This document shows positions 7,553 through 17,778 of a stretch of DNA of 64,000 nt, piece by piece. The notes under the pieces were generated by a model. It was not told the origin of the DNA. It ran no database searches and saw only the letters and a program-made list of their open reading frames with translations. Source of the stretch: Chthoniobacterales bacterium (GTDB taxonomy: Bacteria > Verrucomicrobiota > Verrucomicrobiia > Chthoniobacterales > JACTMZ01); the NCBI GenBank assembly GCA_044343805.1, contig JBIJDZ010000003.1, forward strand, positions 136 to 64,135, written 5' to 3'. Positions within the stretch are counted from its first letter, which is position 1. Each line of letters opens with the position of its first letter. The position numbers and the translations under genes are program-made.

Positions 7553-9505
7553 TCAACGGCCACCCGCGCCCTCGAGTTCGGGGATTTTTTCGTCTGACGC
7601 CTCCATGCGTCCGCCCAGATGCTTGGCCAGGAAGCGCTCCACGGCGCGGTAAAAGTAGAGGCGATTCTCCTCATTGGCGAAACCGTGGCCTTCGTTGTCC
7701 TTGACGATATAGGGCACGTCGACCCCCCGCTTTTGCAGCGCTGCGACAATCTGGTCGCTCTCGGCTTTTTTGACCCGCGGATCGTTAGCCCCTTGGGCGA
7801 TCAGAAGCGGCGCTTTGATTTTGTCGGCCGAAAACAGCGGCGACGCGGCAGTAAGCAGCTCCTTCTCGGTCTCCGGGTTGCCAATCATTTCATACTGCAT
7901 CTGGCGGTAGGGTTCCCAGTAAGGCGGGATGCTGGACAACAAGGTGAAGATGTTGGAGGGACCGACAAAGCTGATCCCCGCCGCATAAACATCGGGCGTG
8001 AAAGCCATGCCGGCCAAGGCGGCATAGCCGCCATAACTGCCGCCGTAGATGGCGATGCGCTCGCGGTCGGCGATACCATTGTCCACGAGCCACTTGGCAG
8101 AATCGGTCAGGTCGTCCTGCATGCTCTTGCCCCATTGCTTGAAACCCTTCTCCCAAAAAGCGCGCCCGTAGCCCGTGGATCCGCGGTAATTGACCTGAAG
8201 AACCGCGTAGCCCCGGTTGGCCAAAAACTGCGCTGTCCCGTCAAACCCCCACCTATCCCTCAACCACGGCCCACCGTGAACATAGAGAACCGCTGGAAGG
8301 TTCCGCGGGGCGATGCCCGGCGGAAGCGTCAGGTAGGCGGGCAATTCCAGACCGTCGCGCGCGGGGATACGCACCGGCTGCATCGGGGCGAGCTGATCTT
8401 CGTTGAGCCATGGCGAGACATCGGCCAACTTGCGCAGCTCGCCGGTCTTCTCGTCATAAAACCATGAGGCTCCGAGAGAGCGGTCGCTGTGACTCCTGAC
8501 AATGAATTTATCCTCGTTGCGGTTCATCGAAACCAAGGCCACTTCCATGCCGGGCAGTTTCTTCTCGAGCCTCTCCTGCAGCTTGCGGCGCCATTCATCG
8601 AAGAAATGGTATTCACGCTTGTCCCTGGTGTAAGTAGCTGCCGTGAGCACCTTGCGCTTATCCGATGAGAGCAGGCCGCCCACATCCACTTCGGGGTGTT
8701 CGAAAAGCACTTCCTCCTCTTGGCCGGTGACCGGATTCATGCGGACAATGGCTGATTTGTCGCGCCCCAGATTGGACGAGGCATAGATCTCTTTGTTGTC
8801 GTAGCTGAAAAACAGCGGGTCGACACTCTCGCGAAAATTCGTGACGAGCACCTTGCGGAAAGGTTCGCTTTCGTTGTCGCGGTAGAGCAATTCCGAGTTT
8901 ACCCCGTCGGTCTGCACCGCCATGCGCACCTTGCCGTCGTGGTCGGTGACCCAAGACGAGACTGCTCCCGGATTTTCTGCGACCAACTCCATCTCGCCTG
9001 TTCGGGTATTGAGGCGAAAGACATCGAAAACACGGGCATCACGCTTGTTCATGCTGACGAGCAGATGATCTTCATCGTCCCGCAGATCATCAACCACCCC
9101 GACGCGGACACCGGGGAAGGGCGTCAGATCCCGCCGGCCGGTGCCATCCGCATTCACCGCGTAAAGATGGAAGTTTTCATCCCCTCCATCGTCCTGCAGA
9201 TAAACAATCTGATCTTTGGCCGCCCAAAAATAACCTGATATGTCCCTTTTGGTGGCATCAGTCAGGCGAAGCGGTTCACTTTTACCGTCCACTGGCTGGA
9301 CATAAAGGTTCAGGCGGTTTTCCCAAGGTGCCATCCAAGAGATGAAGTCACCACCCGGGCTGACTTGATAGCCCGCCGCCACCGGATTGCGGAAAAAATC
9401 ACGCAAGGGGATAACCGGCGCCGGCACCTGAGTTGATTTGTTGATTTCCATTGCGGCAAGAGGACCGGCCAAAAGAATGTGCGTAAAAAAAAGAAGACGG
9501 ATCAT
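7553..9505 (-). CDS. S9-family serine peptidase (prolyl oligopeptidase / dipeptidyl aminopeptidase type), secreted
   Basis: 650 aa. Signal peptide MIRLLFFTHILLAGPLAA, a beta-propeller N-terminal half, and catalytic motifs GGSYGGY, GANDPRV and EGHGF. Confidence 0.88.
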   Translation of the reverse strand: MIRLLFFTHILLAGPLAAMEINKSTQVPAPVIPLRDFFRNPVAAGYQVSPGGDFISWMAPWENRLNLYVQPVDGKSEPLRLTDATKRDISGYFWAAKDQIVYLQDDGGDENFHLYAVNADGTGRRDLTPFPGVRVGVVDDLRDDEDHLLVSMNKRDARVFDVFRLNTRTGEMELVAENPGAVSSWVTDHDGKVRMAVQTDGVNSELLYRDNESEPFRKVLVTNFRESVDPLFFSYDNKEIYASSNLGRDKSAIVRMNPVTGQEEEVLFEHPEVDVGGLLSSDKRKVLTAATYTRDKREYHFFDEWRRKLQERLEKKLPGMEVALVSMNRNEDKFIVRSHSDRSLGASWFYDEKTGELRKLADVSPWLNEDQLAPMQPVRIPARDGLELPAYLTLPPGIAPRNLPAVLYVHGGPWLRDRWGFDGTAQFLANRGYAVLQVNYRGSTGYGRAFWEKGFKQWGKSMQDDLTDSAKWLVDNGIADRERIAIYGGSYGGYAALAGMAFTPDVYAAGISFVGPSNIFTLLSSIPPYWEPYRQMQYEMIGNPETEKELLTAASPLFSADKIKAPLLIAQGANDPRVKKAESDQIVAALQKRGVDVPYIVKDNEGHGFANEENRLYFYRAVERFLAKHLGGRMEASDEKIPELEGAGGR

Positions 9506-9549
9506 TAGGAAGATAAGATACGAACCGGATGGAACGCGTTCAGGAAAAG

Positions 9550-9623
9550 TGGAGCGGGTGAAGGGAATCGAACCCTCGTATGCAGCTTGGGAAGCTGCCG
9601 TTCTACCATTGAACTACACCCGC
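9550..9623 (-). tRNA. tRNA-Gly (anticodon CCC), CCA encoded
   Basis: The reverse complement is GCGGGTGTAGTTCAATGGTAGAACGGCAGCTTCCCAAGCTGC...TTCGATTCCCTTCACCCGCTCCA. Confidence 0.95.
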
Positions 9624-9677
9624 AGATGCAAGCAATTTTCCCAACGCTTCTTTCTCCGGCAAGGGTAAAATAAAAAA

Positions 9678-10448
9678 TTACCAATAGACATTGATGGGCG
9701 GAACAACCATCGAGGTTTTGGCCCCGACCAAAGTTCCCTCGGTCTGCTCGATCGACTCGACGACGCCCTCTTCAAAAATCACGATCAACGTGCCGACCGG
9801 GACCTTCACATACACGGTGGCTGCGTTGTAGCCGGACGAAGATTGGACCACCAAGGTATCCAGCTTCCGCCCGGATTCCGGTTGCCATGTTTCCCTCACT
9901 GTGGTCTGAGCATATCCGGGCATGTAGGCGGTTTGAGGGACCAAATCGTATTTGATGTATTCGTAAATTTGCCTGGCGCCATCCGGGCCGACCCTGCTGG
10001 TTCGTTTTTGTGGCTTGCCTAAGCTTCGCGCGACTTCATCGAGGCTCATGCCGATCGCTACCTCACGGCGGGCGATCAGTTCTTCGACTTGGCGACGGCG
10101 AGCATCGGCGCGGCGAAGGTTTTCCATAAAATCGGGAGGTATTCCATCGAGGAAGGTTGGCTCGATCCATGCCGCCACCCCACCCTGGCGGGCATTGCCA
10201 CGCACGCGAATTTTCCCGCCAGATGAGACTGCGTCCAATTGGACCGTCTGGGGAAAACGCAGTGTGCCGGCATAGCGCCGCATGTCTGCATCGAAGTAAC
10301 AAGGAGCCGCCCCGTTGAGTTTCACCCGCGGCAACTGCTTCGCGAAGTCAGCCAAATAAATCGCACCTGCCTCACGGGCGATCGGGCCGGCCCAAACTCC
10401 GCAGCAGCAACTAACCATGGAAACCAAGATAGGAAGGACCGACTTCAT
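9678..10448 (-). CDS. Hypothetical secreted protein
   Basis: 256 aa. N-terminal hydrophobic signal MKSVLPILVSMVSCCCGVWA. The central segment GMSLDEVARSLGKPQKR is reminiscent of SmpA/OmlA-type folds. No firm family. Confidence 0.55.
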   Translation of the reverse strand: MKSVLPILVSMVSCCCGVWAGPIAREAGAIYLADFAKQLPRVKLNGAAPCYFDADMRRYAGTLRFPQTVQLDAVSSGGKIRVRGNARQGGVAAWIEPTFLDGIPPDFMENLRRADARRRQVEELIARREVAIGMSLDEVARSLGKPQKRTSRVGPDGARQIYEYIKYDLVPQTAYMPGYAQTTVRETWQPESGRKLDTLVVQSSSGYNAATVYVKVPVGTLIVIFEEGVVESIEQTEGTLVGAKTSMVVPPINVYW

Positions 10449-10535
10449 AGGATTAAAATATCAAACGAATCGCGGTCGTAAACAAACGGTAAAAATCACG
10501 TTGCCATAACACAAAACCTGACACAAATTCCTGCA

Positions 10536-11024
10536 ATGGATCGAATAAAGCAATTATTGTTTGTTTTCCTGCTGGCCGCAACCTTGGCTTCAGCCAACGC
10601 CAACTACTTCGAGCAGATCAAGGGCGATCTCAAATCGGCTCCGGAGGGATCCGCCCCGAAATACACCGCCCTCTATTTTTCCGCACAATGGTGCCCTCCT
10701 TGCCGGATGTTCACGCCAAAGCTTGTTGATTGGTACAAAAAATTCAAAGCAGAGCACCCTGATTTTGAATTGGTTTTCGTGAGCGGCGACCGGGACGAAG
10801 CTTCGATGAGCAAATACATTAAAGACGATGGCATGCCTTGGCCCGTGGTCGCCTACGACAAGCGCCAAAACGAGCTCTTTCAAAAATACGCTTCCCAAGG
10901 AATTCCCTACCTGGTCTTGGTAGATAAAGAGGGTAAAGCATTGACCGACAAGCCGGGTAACGAATGGCAACATCCCGCGGAAGTGCTCGAGCAAATCGAA
11001 AAAATTGTCGGCGGCAAACCCTGA
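10536..11024 (+). CDS. Secreted thioredoxin-fold protein (TlpA/nucleoredoxin-like)
   Basis: 162 aa. Signal peptide, then YFSAQWCPPCRMFTPKLVDWY (WCPPC active site). Confidence 0.8.
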   Translation: MDRIKQLLFVFLLAATLASANANYFEQIKGDLKSAPEGSAPKYTALYFSAQWCPPCRMFTPKLVDWYKKFKAEHPDFELVFVSGDRDEASMSKYIKDDGMPWPVVAYDKRQNELFQKYASQGIPYLVLVDKEGKALTDKPGNEWQHPAEVLEQIEKIVGGKP

Positions 11025-11031
11025 GCAGCGC

Positions 11032-12714
11032 TCAACTGGCCAACAATAGCACCAGCATCTGCGCAGACATGATGCGCAGCAGCATGGTGAGCGGATAAAC
11101 TGTAGCGTACGCCTCGGAGGGAGCGTCGGATTTGCAGATCGTATTGGCAAAAGCCAGCGCCGGAGGATCAGTCATGCCCCCGGCAAGGACCCCCGAGAGA
11201 GCGACAAAGTTGGTGCGCAAAACCAATCGGGCAAAGACGCCCACCAACAACAAAGGCAGCAGCGTGATCACCGCCGCGCCACCAAGCAGCACCAAACCAT
11301 CCTGACTCAGCAGCATCGGCAAAAACTGCTCACCGGCCTTCAGTCCCACGCAAGCAAGAAAGAGCACGATACCCATTTCACGCATGGCCGTGCTGGCCGT
11401 CGCCGGCATCGTCCAGACCAGCGGCCCCAATCGTCCCAACCTACCGAGCAAGATAGCCAAAACCAGCGGACCTCCAGCCAACCCGAGTCTCACCGGAACA
11501 GGTAATCCCGGAAAATGCAAGGGCACCAAGCCAGCGGAAACGCCCAACAGGATGCCGAGAAAAACGGGGATAAAATTGGTTTCGTTGAGAGCTTTTAGCG
11601 AGTTCCCCAATACATTGGCGGCCTTTGCTATATTGGCTTCGTCGCCGACGACGTGGAGAAAATCTCCGAACTGCAAACGAATGTCGGGGACGGCCGTCAC
11701 CTCAACATCTGCGCGCAAAACCCTGGAAATCGCCACACCGTAGAGTGAATCCAAGCCCAACTCAGCGATGGTTTTGCCAAGGACGTCTTTGCGCGTCACG
11801 ACAACCCGGCGGAAAGCCACCTGACCGGGAGCACGCATCAAATCAACATCACTCAATCGTCCAACGATCAAACGGAAGGCCTCAAGGTGTTTGGCCGGCC
11901 CCACAGCCAGAATCGTGTCGCCCACGTGCAACACTGTGTATTCGGAGGCTACCTCGACGTGATCGCTGCCGACACGCTTGATGCGCGAAACGCTCACACC
12001 GGTCTGGCGACGCCCCGGCAAAGCGCCGAGTTCCAAACCGTCCAAGTTGGTATTTTCCACCAGCAAATTCATACGTTGGATCGGCTCGATACCGGCGCGT
12101 TGGGCTGCGTTGAAGTCGGCTGTCTCACGCTCCAAATCGATACGGAAGATTTTCTGCAACAGCAGAATCATCCCGATGATACCGAAAACACCCACGGGAT
12201 AGCCGATGCCGTAGGCCAACGCAGGCAAAGCCGACCGCGCGCCGTCGATCCCGCTCCCCGGCTGGCTGGCCAGCAAGGTAACGGTTTGCTGCGCTGCGCC
12301 CAATGCGGGAGTGTTGGTCGTTGCACCGCTGAACAAACCAACCGCAGAGAAAACATCCAATCCGGCCACAGCCGCGACCAACAGCGTGGCCGCCACACCG
12401 AGCAAGACCAGCGCTACAGCCAAAGCGTTCAATTTCAGCCCATGACGGCGCAGCGAGGCGAAGAAGCTCGGCCCAAGCTGCAGACCAATAGTGAAAACAA
12501 ACAAGATCAGCCCGAACTCACGGACAAAGGCGAGGATGTCTTCGTTGATCGCGAAGCCCCAGTGCCCGAGCAAAATACCTGCAAACAAAACGCCGGCGAT
12601 CCCGATACCCACCCCGCGGACTTTGATGACCGCGAAAGCCAAGCCCAATACAGCAACGGCCGAAAGCACGAGCACCGCCCAGGCCACCGGTTGGGATTGG
12701 GCCAAATGATCCAT
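11032..12714 (-). CDS. YidE/YbjL (AAE) family transporter with two RCK_C/TrkA-C domains
   Basis: About 560 aa. It has a duplicated membrane domain with a central soluble pair (...VGDTILAVGP..., ...FGDFLHVVGDE...). The ATG at 12714 overlaps the gatA stop by 1 nt (TGATG). Confidence 0.75.
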   Translation of the reverse strand: MDHLAQSQPVAWAVLVLSAVAVLGLAFAVIKVRGVGIGIAGVLFAGILLGHWGFAINEDILAFVREFGLILFVFTIGLQLGPSFFASLRRHGLKLNALAVALVLLGVAATLLVAAVAGLDVFSAVGLFSGATTNTPALGAAQQTVTLLASQPGSGIDGARSALPALAYGIGYPVGVFGIIGMILLLQKIFRIDLERETADFNAAQRAGIEPIQRMNLLVENTNLDGLELGALPGRRQTGVSVSRIKRVGSDHVEVASEYTVLHVGDTILAVGPAKHLEAFRLIVGRLSDVDLMRAPGQVAFRRVVVTRKDVLGKTIAELGLDSLYGVAISRVLRADVEVTAVPDIRLQFGDFLHVVGDEANIAKAANVLGNSLKALNETNFIPVFLGILLGVSAGLVPLHFPGLPVPVRLGLAGGPLVLAILLGRLGRLGPLVWTMPATASTAMREMGIVLFLACVGLKAGEQFLPMLLSQDGLVLLGGAAVITLLPLLLVGVFARLVLRTNFVALSGVLAGGMTDPPALAFANTICKSDAPSEAYATVYPLTMLLRIMSAQMLVLLLAS

Positions 12715-14141
12715 CAAAGTTTCCGCGTTGCCTCGTAGGCACGTGCGATGCGGAACAACCGGGCCTCCATGAAAGCCGGCGCCATCAACTGCAAGCCGAC
12801 CGGCAAGTTCTTGCCGTCCACCACGGCATCACCGCACGGGATACTGATTCCACAGATACCGGCCAAGTTCGCCGCAATAGTGAAGATGTCCGCCAGATAC
12901 ATCTGCAAGGGATCGGACATCCGTTCCCCGATTTTGAAAGCCGGCACCGGCGAGGTCGGAGAAATGAGACCATCGACACTTTGGAAAGCTTCTTCGAAAT
13001 CACGGCGGATGAGGGTGCGGACCTTTTGGGCTCGCAGATAATATGCGTCGTAGTATCCGGAGCTGAGCACGTAGGTACCAAGAATGATGCGGCGCTTTAC
13101 CTCCTTGCCGAATCCCTCGCCACGGGTTCGCCCGTAATGATCGGCCAAATCTTGCGCGCCGCTTGCCCGGTGGCCGTAGCGCACCCCATCGAATCGGGCC
13201 AAATTCGCCGACGCCTCGGCGGTGGCGATGATGTAATAGTCCGCCACGGCATATTTCGTGTGCGGCAAGGAAACCTCCACGATCTCAGCCCCGAGTGAGC
13301 GATACACTTCGATGGCCTCCCGCACCCGAGCCGCCACCTGCGGATCCGTGCCCTCGACAAAATACTCCTTGGGCACACCGAGCTTCATTCCTTTGACGCC
13401 GGCCTCCAGTTCGGCCGTGTAATCGGGCACCGGAACATCGAGCGACGTCGAATCATGAGGATCATGTCCGGCGATAGCCTGCAAGACCAGAGCGGCATCC
13501 TCGACTGTATGCGTGAACGGCCCGATTTGATCCAAGGACGAGGCAAAGGCCACCAAGCCGTAGCGCGAAACCCGACCATAGCTGGGCTTCAGACCCACGC
13601 AGCCGCAAAGTGCGGCAGGTTGTCGGATGGATCCGCCGGTGTCGGAGCCCAACGACGCCAACGCCTCGCCCGCCGCCACCACCGCCGCCGAACCTCCGCT
13701 CGAACCTCCGGGAATCCTCTCGGGATCACGCGGATTGCGGGTGATCTGAATGGCCGAGTTCTCGGTGGACGACCCCATGGCAAACTCGTCCATATTCGTG
13801 CGACCGAAGGGAATGGCCCCCGCCGCCCGCAGCTTGGCGATGACCGTGGCGTCGTAGGGCGAAGTGTATCCCTGCAAAATTTTCGAGGAACATGTGCAAG
13901 GCTCACCATCAACATTGATCACGTCTTTGATAGCGATCGGAATACCCCCGAGAGGGAGATTGATATCAGCCTTTTCCGCGGCGGCTTTGGCCTGCGCGAA
14001 ATCCCGGGAAAGATAGCCGCGGATCTCCGGATCGATCTTTGCAATGGCGGCATTGACGGATTCCAGTAAATCAACTGGGGAAAGTTCTCCCGCCTTCATC
14101 ATGCGGCGGGCCCGGGCGATAGTGAGTCGGGCGATATCCAT
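12714..14141 (-). CDS. gatA: Asp-tRNA(Asn)/Glu-tRNA(Gln) amidotransferase subunit A
   Basis: Amidase signature [14 protein letters not shown]...[12 protein letters not shown]. The ATG at 14141 overlaps the gatC stop (TGATG). Confidence 0.95.
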   Translation of the reverse strand: MDIARLTIARARRMMKAGELSPVDLLESVNAAIAKIDPEIRGYLSRDFAQAKAAAEKADINLPLGGIPIAIKDVINVDGEPCTCSSKILQGYTSPYDATVIAKLRAAGAIPFGRTNMDEFAMGSSTENSAIQITRNPRDPERIPGGSSGGSAAVVAAGEALASLGSDTGGSIRQPAALCGCVGLKPSYGRVSRYGLVAFASSLDQIGPFTHTVEDAALVLQAIAGHDPHDSTSLDVPVPDYTAELEAGVKGMKLGVPKEYFVEGTDPQVAARVREAIEVYRSLGAEIVEVSLPHTKYAVADYYIIATAEASANLARFDGVRYGHRASGAQDLADHYGRTRGEGFGKEVKRRIILGTYVLSSGYYDAYYLRAQKVRTLIRRDFEEAFQSVDGLISPTSPVPAFKIGERMSDPLQMYLADIFTIAANLAGICGISIPCGDAVVDGKNLPVGLQLMAPAFMEARLFRIARAYEATRKL

Positions 14142-14431
14142 CAACCCTCCACGACTTTGGGAACGAGAAAGAGTCCGCTGCCGGAATGCGGCGCGTTGGC
14201 CGTGGCCTGCTCCTGCGTAAAACCATCGCGCGGCACATCAGGTCGAAAGACGTTGTAAACAGCCGATGCGTGCGCGGTCGGCTCGATGCCGTCGGTTTTC
14301 ACCTCATTGAGTTGCTCGATGTACGAGAGCACATGGTCGAGCTGCGGCTGGAATTCGGCAATTTCCTCCTCCGTCAGCCGCAAGCGGACGAGATTGGCAA
14401 CATATCGGACATCGAGATGCGGAGCACTCAT
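14141..14431 (-). CDS. gatC: Asp-tRNA(Asn)/Glu-tRNA(Gln) amidotransferase subunit C
   Basis: 96 aa. [34 protein letters not shown]. Lies directly upstream of gatA. Confidence 0.9.
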   Translation of the reverse strand: MSAPHLDVRYVANLVRLRLTEEEIAEFQPQLDHVLSYIEQLNEVKTDGIEPTAHASAVYNVFRPDVPRDGFTQEQATANAPHSGSGLFLVPKVVEG

Positions 14432-14479
14432 AAATAAGCCTTTCTGGTTATCCCGAGGGTGGTCGGATGTCGAAAAGTT

Positions 14480-15475
14480 TCACACTCCGAGGCGCAACAG
14501 GATTTTGCCGCCCGCTGATCCGGACCCGGCAGCATCCAAGGCTTGCTTCACTTCTTCGAGAGCGAACTCCGACCCGACCCGCGGTGGAAAACGCCCCCCG
14601 GCAGCCAAACGAAAAATCTCGCCGAACATTTCACGGCGCTGCGCATCACTCGCCTCGCGAAGCCAGCGGGTGAGCCAAAAGCCGCAGATGCGCAAATTTC
14701 GAAAAATTAAAAATCCGTTGGGGATTTTGAGAGCCTCCTTGCTCATGGCCCCGTAAGTCACCAGCGTGCCACCCGTGGCCAGCAGAGCGGCCAGACGTGT
14801 AGCGGACTCACCGCCCACGGCATTGAGAGCAAGTTTCGGCCGGGCGCCTCCCAAGGCATTTTTTGCCTCGCTGGCTAGTTCGTCAGCGTCCAGGACAACT
14901 GCATCGGCACCGAGAGACCGCAACCCTTCGGCAGACTCCGGACGGCGGACCACACATAGCGTTTTCCAACCACGGCTTTTGGCGATCCCGATGACAGCCC
15001 GCCCCACACCCGAGGTGGCGGCGTTTTGCACGATCCAGTCACCCGGTTGCAATGATACAAAGTCGTGGAGCATCCGCCATGCCGTCGGGGGGTTGACGCG
15101 CAACATGCTGGCGCATCTTGGATCCAGCCCCTCCGGCACCGGAATCAATCCCAGCGCGTCCCAATTCCCGCTCTCGCGCCATGCCTCGCGATCCACCAGC
15201 ACGATCTGCCCCAGAGCCAGGTTTGTGACGCCAGCTCCCAGTTCCACCACCCGGCCTGCCCCCTCGTTGCCAGGGACATCAGGCAGAGGCCTTGCTTCGC
15301 CGTATTTGCCCTCAATCATGTTGAGATCGGCCGGATTAATGGGCGCGTAGAGCATTTGTAAATGCACCTGGCCCGGCCCGGGAGAATTGTAGGGCAATGC
15401 ATCAACTTGAATCACATCGGCAGGTTTGCCCGTGCTGTGGTAACGGGCTGCCAAGGTCGTCTGAAGTTGCTCCAT
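14480..15475 (-). CDS. Medium-chain dehydrogenase/reductase, enoyl-thioester/quinone reductase-like
   Basis: PGPGQVHLQMLYAPINPADLNMIEGKYG...GNEGAGRVVELG. ATG at 15475 (MEQLQ); a GTG at 15481 is also possible. Confidence 0.75.
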   Translation of the reverse strand: MEQLQTTLAARYHSTGKPADVIQVDALPYNSPGPGQVHLQMLYAPINPADLNMIEGKYGEARPLPDVPGNEGAGRVVELGAGVTNLALGQIVLVDREAWRESGNWDALGLIPVPEGLDPRCASMLRVNPPTAWRMLHDFVSLQPGDWIVQNAATSGVGRAVIGIAKSRGWKTLCVVRRPESAEGLRSLGADAVVLDADELASEAKNALGGARPKLALNAVGGESATRLAALLATGGTLVTYGAMSKEALKIPNGFLIFRNLRICGFWLTRWLREASDAQRREMFGEIFRLAAGGRFPPRVGSEFALEEVKQALDAAGSGSAGGKILLRLGV

Positions 15476-15653
15476 CGGCACATCCTATTCAGCCATGACA
15501 GCCTTTTCCAGCTTGCACGAAACCCTCACCCTTGTCATCTTGTCCAACCGCTCCGCTCGACCCCGACAGGGATCACCGATCACGGAGTGAAAACCAAACC
15601 GGAACCGAGGTATCCAAAGTTAGTCCATTATCCGCCCGCGTGCGGAATTCATC

Positions 15654-17342
15654 ATGATTGAAGTCAAAGAACTGATCGCCAACGCGACCAAACATTTCAA
15701 AGAAGGCAGCATCGTCAAAGGCCGCATCCTGGAGGTTCGTCCCCGCGAATTTCTCGTCGACATCGGCTACAAATCGGAAGGCACCATTCCTGCCGCCGAA
15801 TTCGACGACCCATCCGAAGTCGCCGTCGGCGATGAAGTCGAGGTGCTTCTCGTCCGCCTCGAAAATGACGAAGGCATGGTCATCCTTTCGAAGGAGAAAG
15901 CCGCCTACCGCCAGAACTGGGACAAAATCAGCAAAGTTTTCGAAAACGAAGGCATCATCAAAGGCCGCGTCAAAGCCGTGGTCAAAGGCGGCTTGCTCGT
16001 CAACATCGGTGTCGAAGCGTTTCTCCCGTCGTCGCAAATCGACATCATCCCACCCAAGGATCTCAACCAGTTCGTCGGCAATACCTACGACTTCAAAATC
16101 GTCAAACTCAACGACGATCGCAAAAATGTCGTGCTCAGCCGCCGCGAACTCATTGAGCAGGAGCGCAGCGAGAAACGCCAGCAGTTCATGGACAGCACGG
16201 AAGTGGGCTCGATGGTCACCGGTTCGGTGAAAAACCTCACCGACTTCGGGGCGTTCATCGACCTTGGCGGGATGGACGGCTTGCTCCATATCACCGACAT
16301 GACTTGGGGCCGCCTCACCCACCCGAGCGAATTGCTCAAAGTGGGACAGGAGATCACCCTGCAAGTCCTCGAAATCAACAAGGACAAGGAACGCGTCTCC
16401 CTCGGCCTCAAGCAAACCACGCACAACCCGTGGGATAAGATCGAGGAACGCTTCCCCACCGGCACCAAAGTCAAAGGAAAGATCACGAATCTCGTTCCCT
16501 ACGGGGCATTCGTGGAAATCGAGTCCGGGGTCGAGGGCCTTATTCACGTTTCCGAACTTTCTTGGACCAAGCGCATCACACGCCCATCGGACGTTCTCAC
16601 CGCCGGCCAGGAAGTCGAAGCCGTTGTGCTCGGCGTCAACAAAGAGGAGCAAAAAATCTCTCTCGGGGTCCGCCAACTCGAACCCAACCCGTGGGACGAG
16701 ATCGAACAGCGCTACATCATCGGCAAACAGGTCAAAGGCATCGTTCGCAACATGACCGCCTACGGCGCTTTCGTGGAACTCGAGGAAGGCATCGACGGCA
16801 TGGTGCACGTCTCCGACCTCAGCTGGACACGCAAGATCAACCATCCGAGCGAAGTCCTCAAGAAAGGCGACGAGATCGAAGCCGTGGTCATCGATATCGA
16901 CAAAGCCAACCAGCGCATCGCCCTCGGCGTCAAACAGCTCGACGAAGATCCCTGGAAGGAAATCGACCGACTCTACAAGATCGGCGACCTCGTCAAAGGC
17001 AAGGTCACCAAGCTGGCCAACTTCGGCGCGTTCGTGGCCCTCGAGCACGACATCGACGGCCTCGTCCATATCTCGCAACTCAGCGAGGACCATGTGGCCA
17101 AAGTCAAAGACGTCATCAAAGTGGACGACGAAGTCGAAGCCCGTGTCATCAAAGTGGACAAAGTCGAACGCCGAATCGGTCTTTCGATCAAAGCCGCCCA
17201 TTACAGCGAGGAAGCCCTCCGCCGCGAAACCGAAGCAATGGACAATTCCATGCGCTCCGGCGAAGAGATGGTCGGACTCGCCCAAGCCTTCCAAAACGCC
17301 GAACTCGACGAATACCGTCCCGGAGAAGGCAAAAAGAAATAG
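15654..17342 (+). CDS. rpsA: 30S ribosomal protein S1 (six S1 domains)
   Basis: 562 aa. Repeated S1 motifs: G.V..I..FGAFVDL.G.DGLLHIS etc. Confidence 0.97.
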   Translation: MIEVKELIANATKHFKEGSIVKGRILEVRPREFLVDIGYKSEGTIPAAEFDDPSEVAVGDEVEVLLVRLENDEGMVILSKEKAAYRQNWDKISKVFENEGIIKGRVKAVVKGGLLVNIGVEAFLPSSQIDIIPPKDLNQFVGNTYDFKIVKLNDDRKNVVLSRRELIEQERSEKRQQFMDSTEVGSMVTGSVKNLTDFGAFIDLGGMDGLLHITDMTWGRLTHPSELLKVGQEITLQVLEINKDKERVSLGLKQTTHNPWDKIEERFPTGTKVKGKITNLVPYGAFVEIESGVEGLIHVSELSWTKRITRPSDVLTAGQEVEAVVLGVNKEEQKISLGVRQLEPNPWDEIEQRYIIGKQVKGIVRNMTAYGAFVELEEGIDGMVHVSDLSWTRKINHPSEVLKKGDEIEAVVIDIDKANQRIALGVKQLDEDPWKEIDRLYKIGDLVKGKVTKLANFGAFVALEHDIDGLVHISQLSEDHVAKVKDVIKVDDEVEARVIKVDKVERRIGLSIKAAHYSEEALRRETEAMDNSMRSGEEMVGLAQAFQNAELDEYRPGEGKKK

Positions 17343-17402
17343 CAACACTCGCGCGGGCGGTGCGGTTGACAAAACCCGCCGCCCGCCCAATTTCACCAAG
17401 TT

Positions 17403-17723
17403 ATGGAAAAACCAAAAATCACCGCCTATCTCAAGACCAGCTGCGGCTGGAGCAATGGCGTCCGCGCCATCTTGGCCAAATACAACCTTCCCTATGAAGA
17501 GAAGGATATCCTTAAAAACCCCGAGTTCCGTGCTGAGATGGAGCAGCTCAGCGGCCAGAAACTCTCGCCCTGCATTGTCGTCAATGAGCACATGCTACCC
17601 GACCTCAGCGGCGAGGAACTCGAAAACTGGCTCGTTTCCAACGATCTGATCGCGCGCAGCGACACCCCGGTCGATGTGCCCATCAACTCTTCCTGCCAAA
17701 ACAAGTCTCGGCACGTCGCATAA
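17403..17723 (+). CDS. Glutaredoxin-like thioredoxin-fold protein, atypical CGWS site
   Basis: 106 aa. KITAYLKTSCGWSNGVRAILAKYNLPYEEKDI...SPCIVVNEHML. Confidence 0.7.
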   Translation: MEKPKITAYLKTSCGWSNGVRAILAKYNLPYEEKDILKNPEFRAEMEQLSGQKLSPCIVVNEHMLPDLSGEELENWLVSNDLIARSDTPVDVPINSSCQNKSRHVA

Positions 17724-17745
17724 CACGTCGGACCAATTCAATTTG

Positions 17746-17778
17746 AAAACCCGCGGCGGAAGCCGCGGGTTTTCTTTT
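17746..17778 (+). terminator. Rho-independent terminator downstream of the glutaredoxin-like gene
   Basis: AAAACCCGCGGC-GGAA-GCCGCGGGTTTTCTTTT. 8-bp GC stem extended by A:T pairs, followed by a T-run. Confidence 0.85.

Noticed and set aside
17352-17385. The hairpin GCGGGCGG...CCGCCCGC between rpsA and the glutaredoxin-like gene, considered as a possible terminator or attenuator.
   Set aside because: The loop is 18 nt and no T-run follows, so the downstream gene is probably co-transcribed. I did not annotate it.
15573-17591. A striking 672-aa ORF on the minus strand that covers all of rpsA and part of the glutaredoxin-like gene.
   Set aside because: It is codon-aligned antisense to rpsA (15654-15573 = 81 = 27 codons). 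Antisense stops would require sense TTA, CTA or TCA codons, which a GC-rich, highly expressed gene avoids. The product is low-complexity D/E/F/V/G/A with no motifs, whereas the plus strand encodes an unmistakable six-domain S1.
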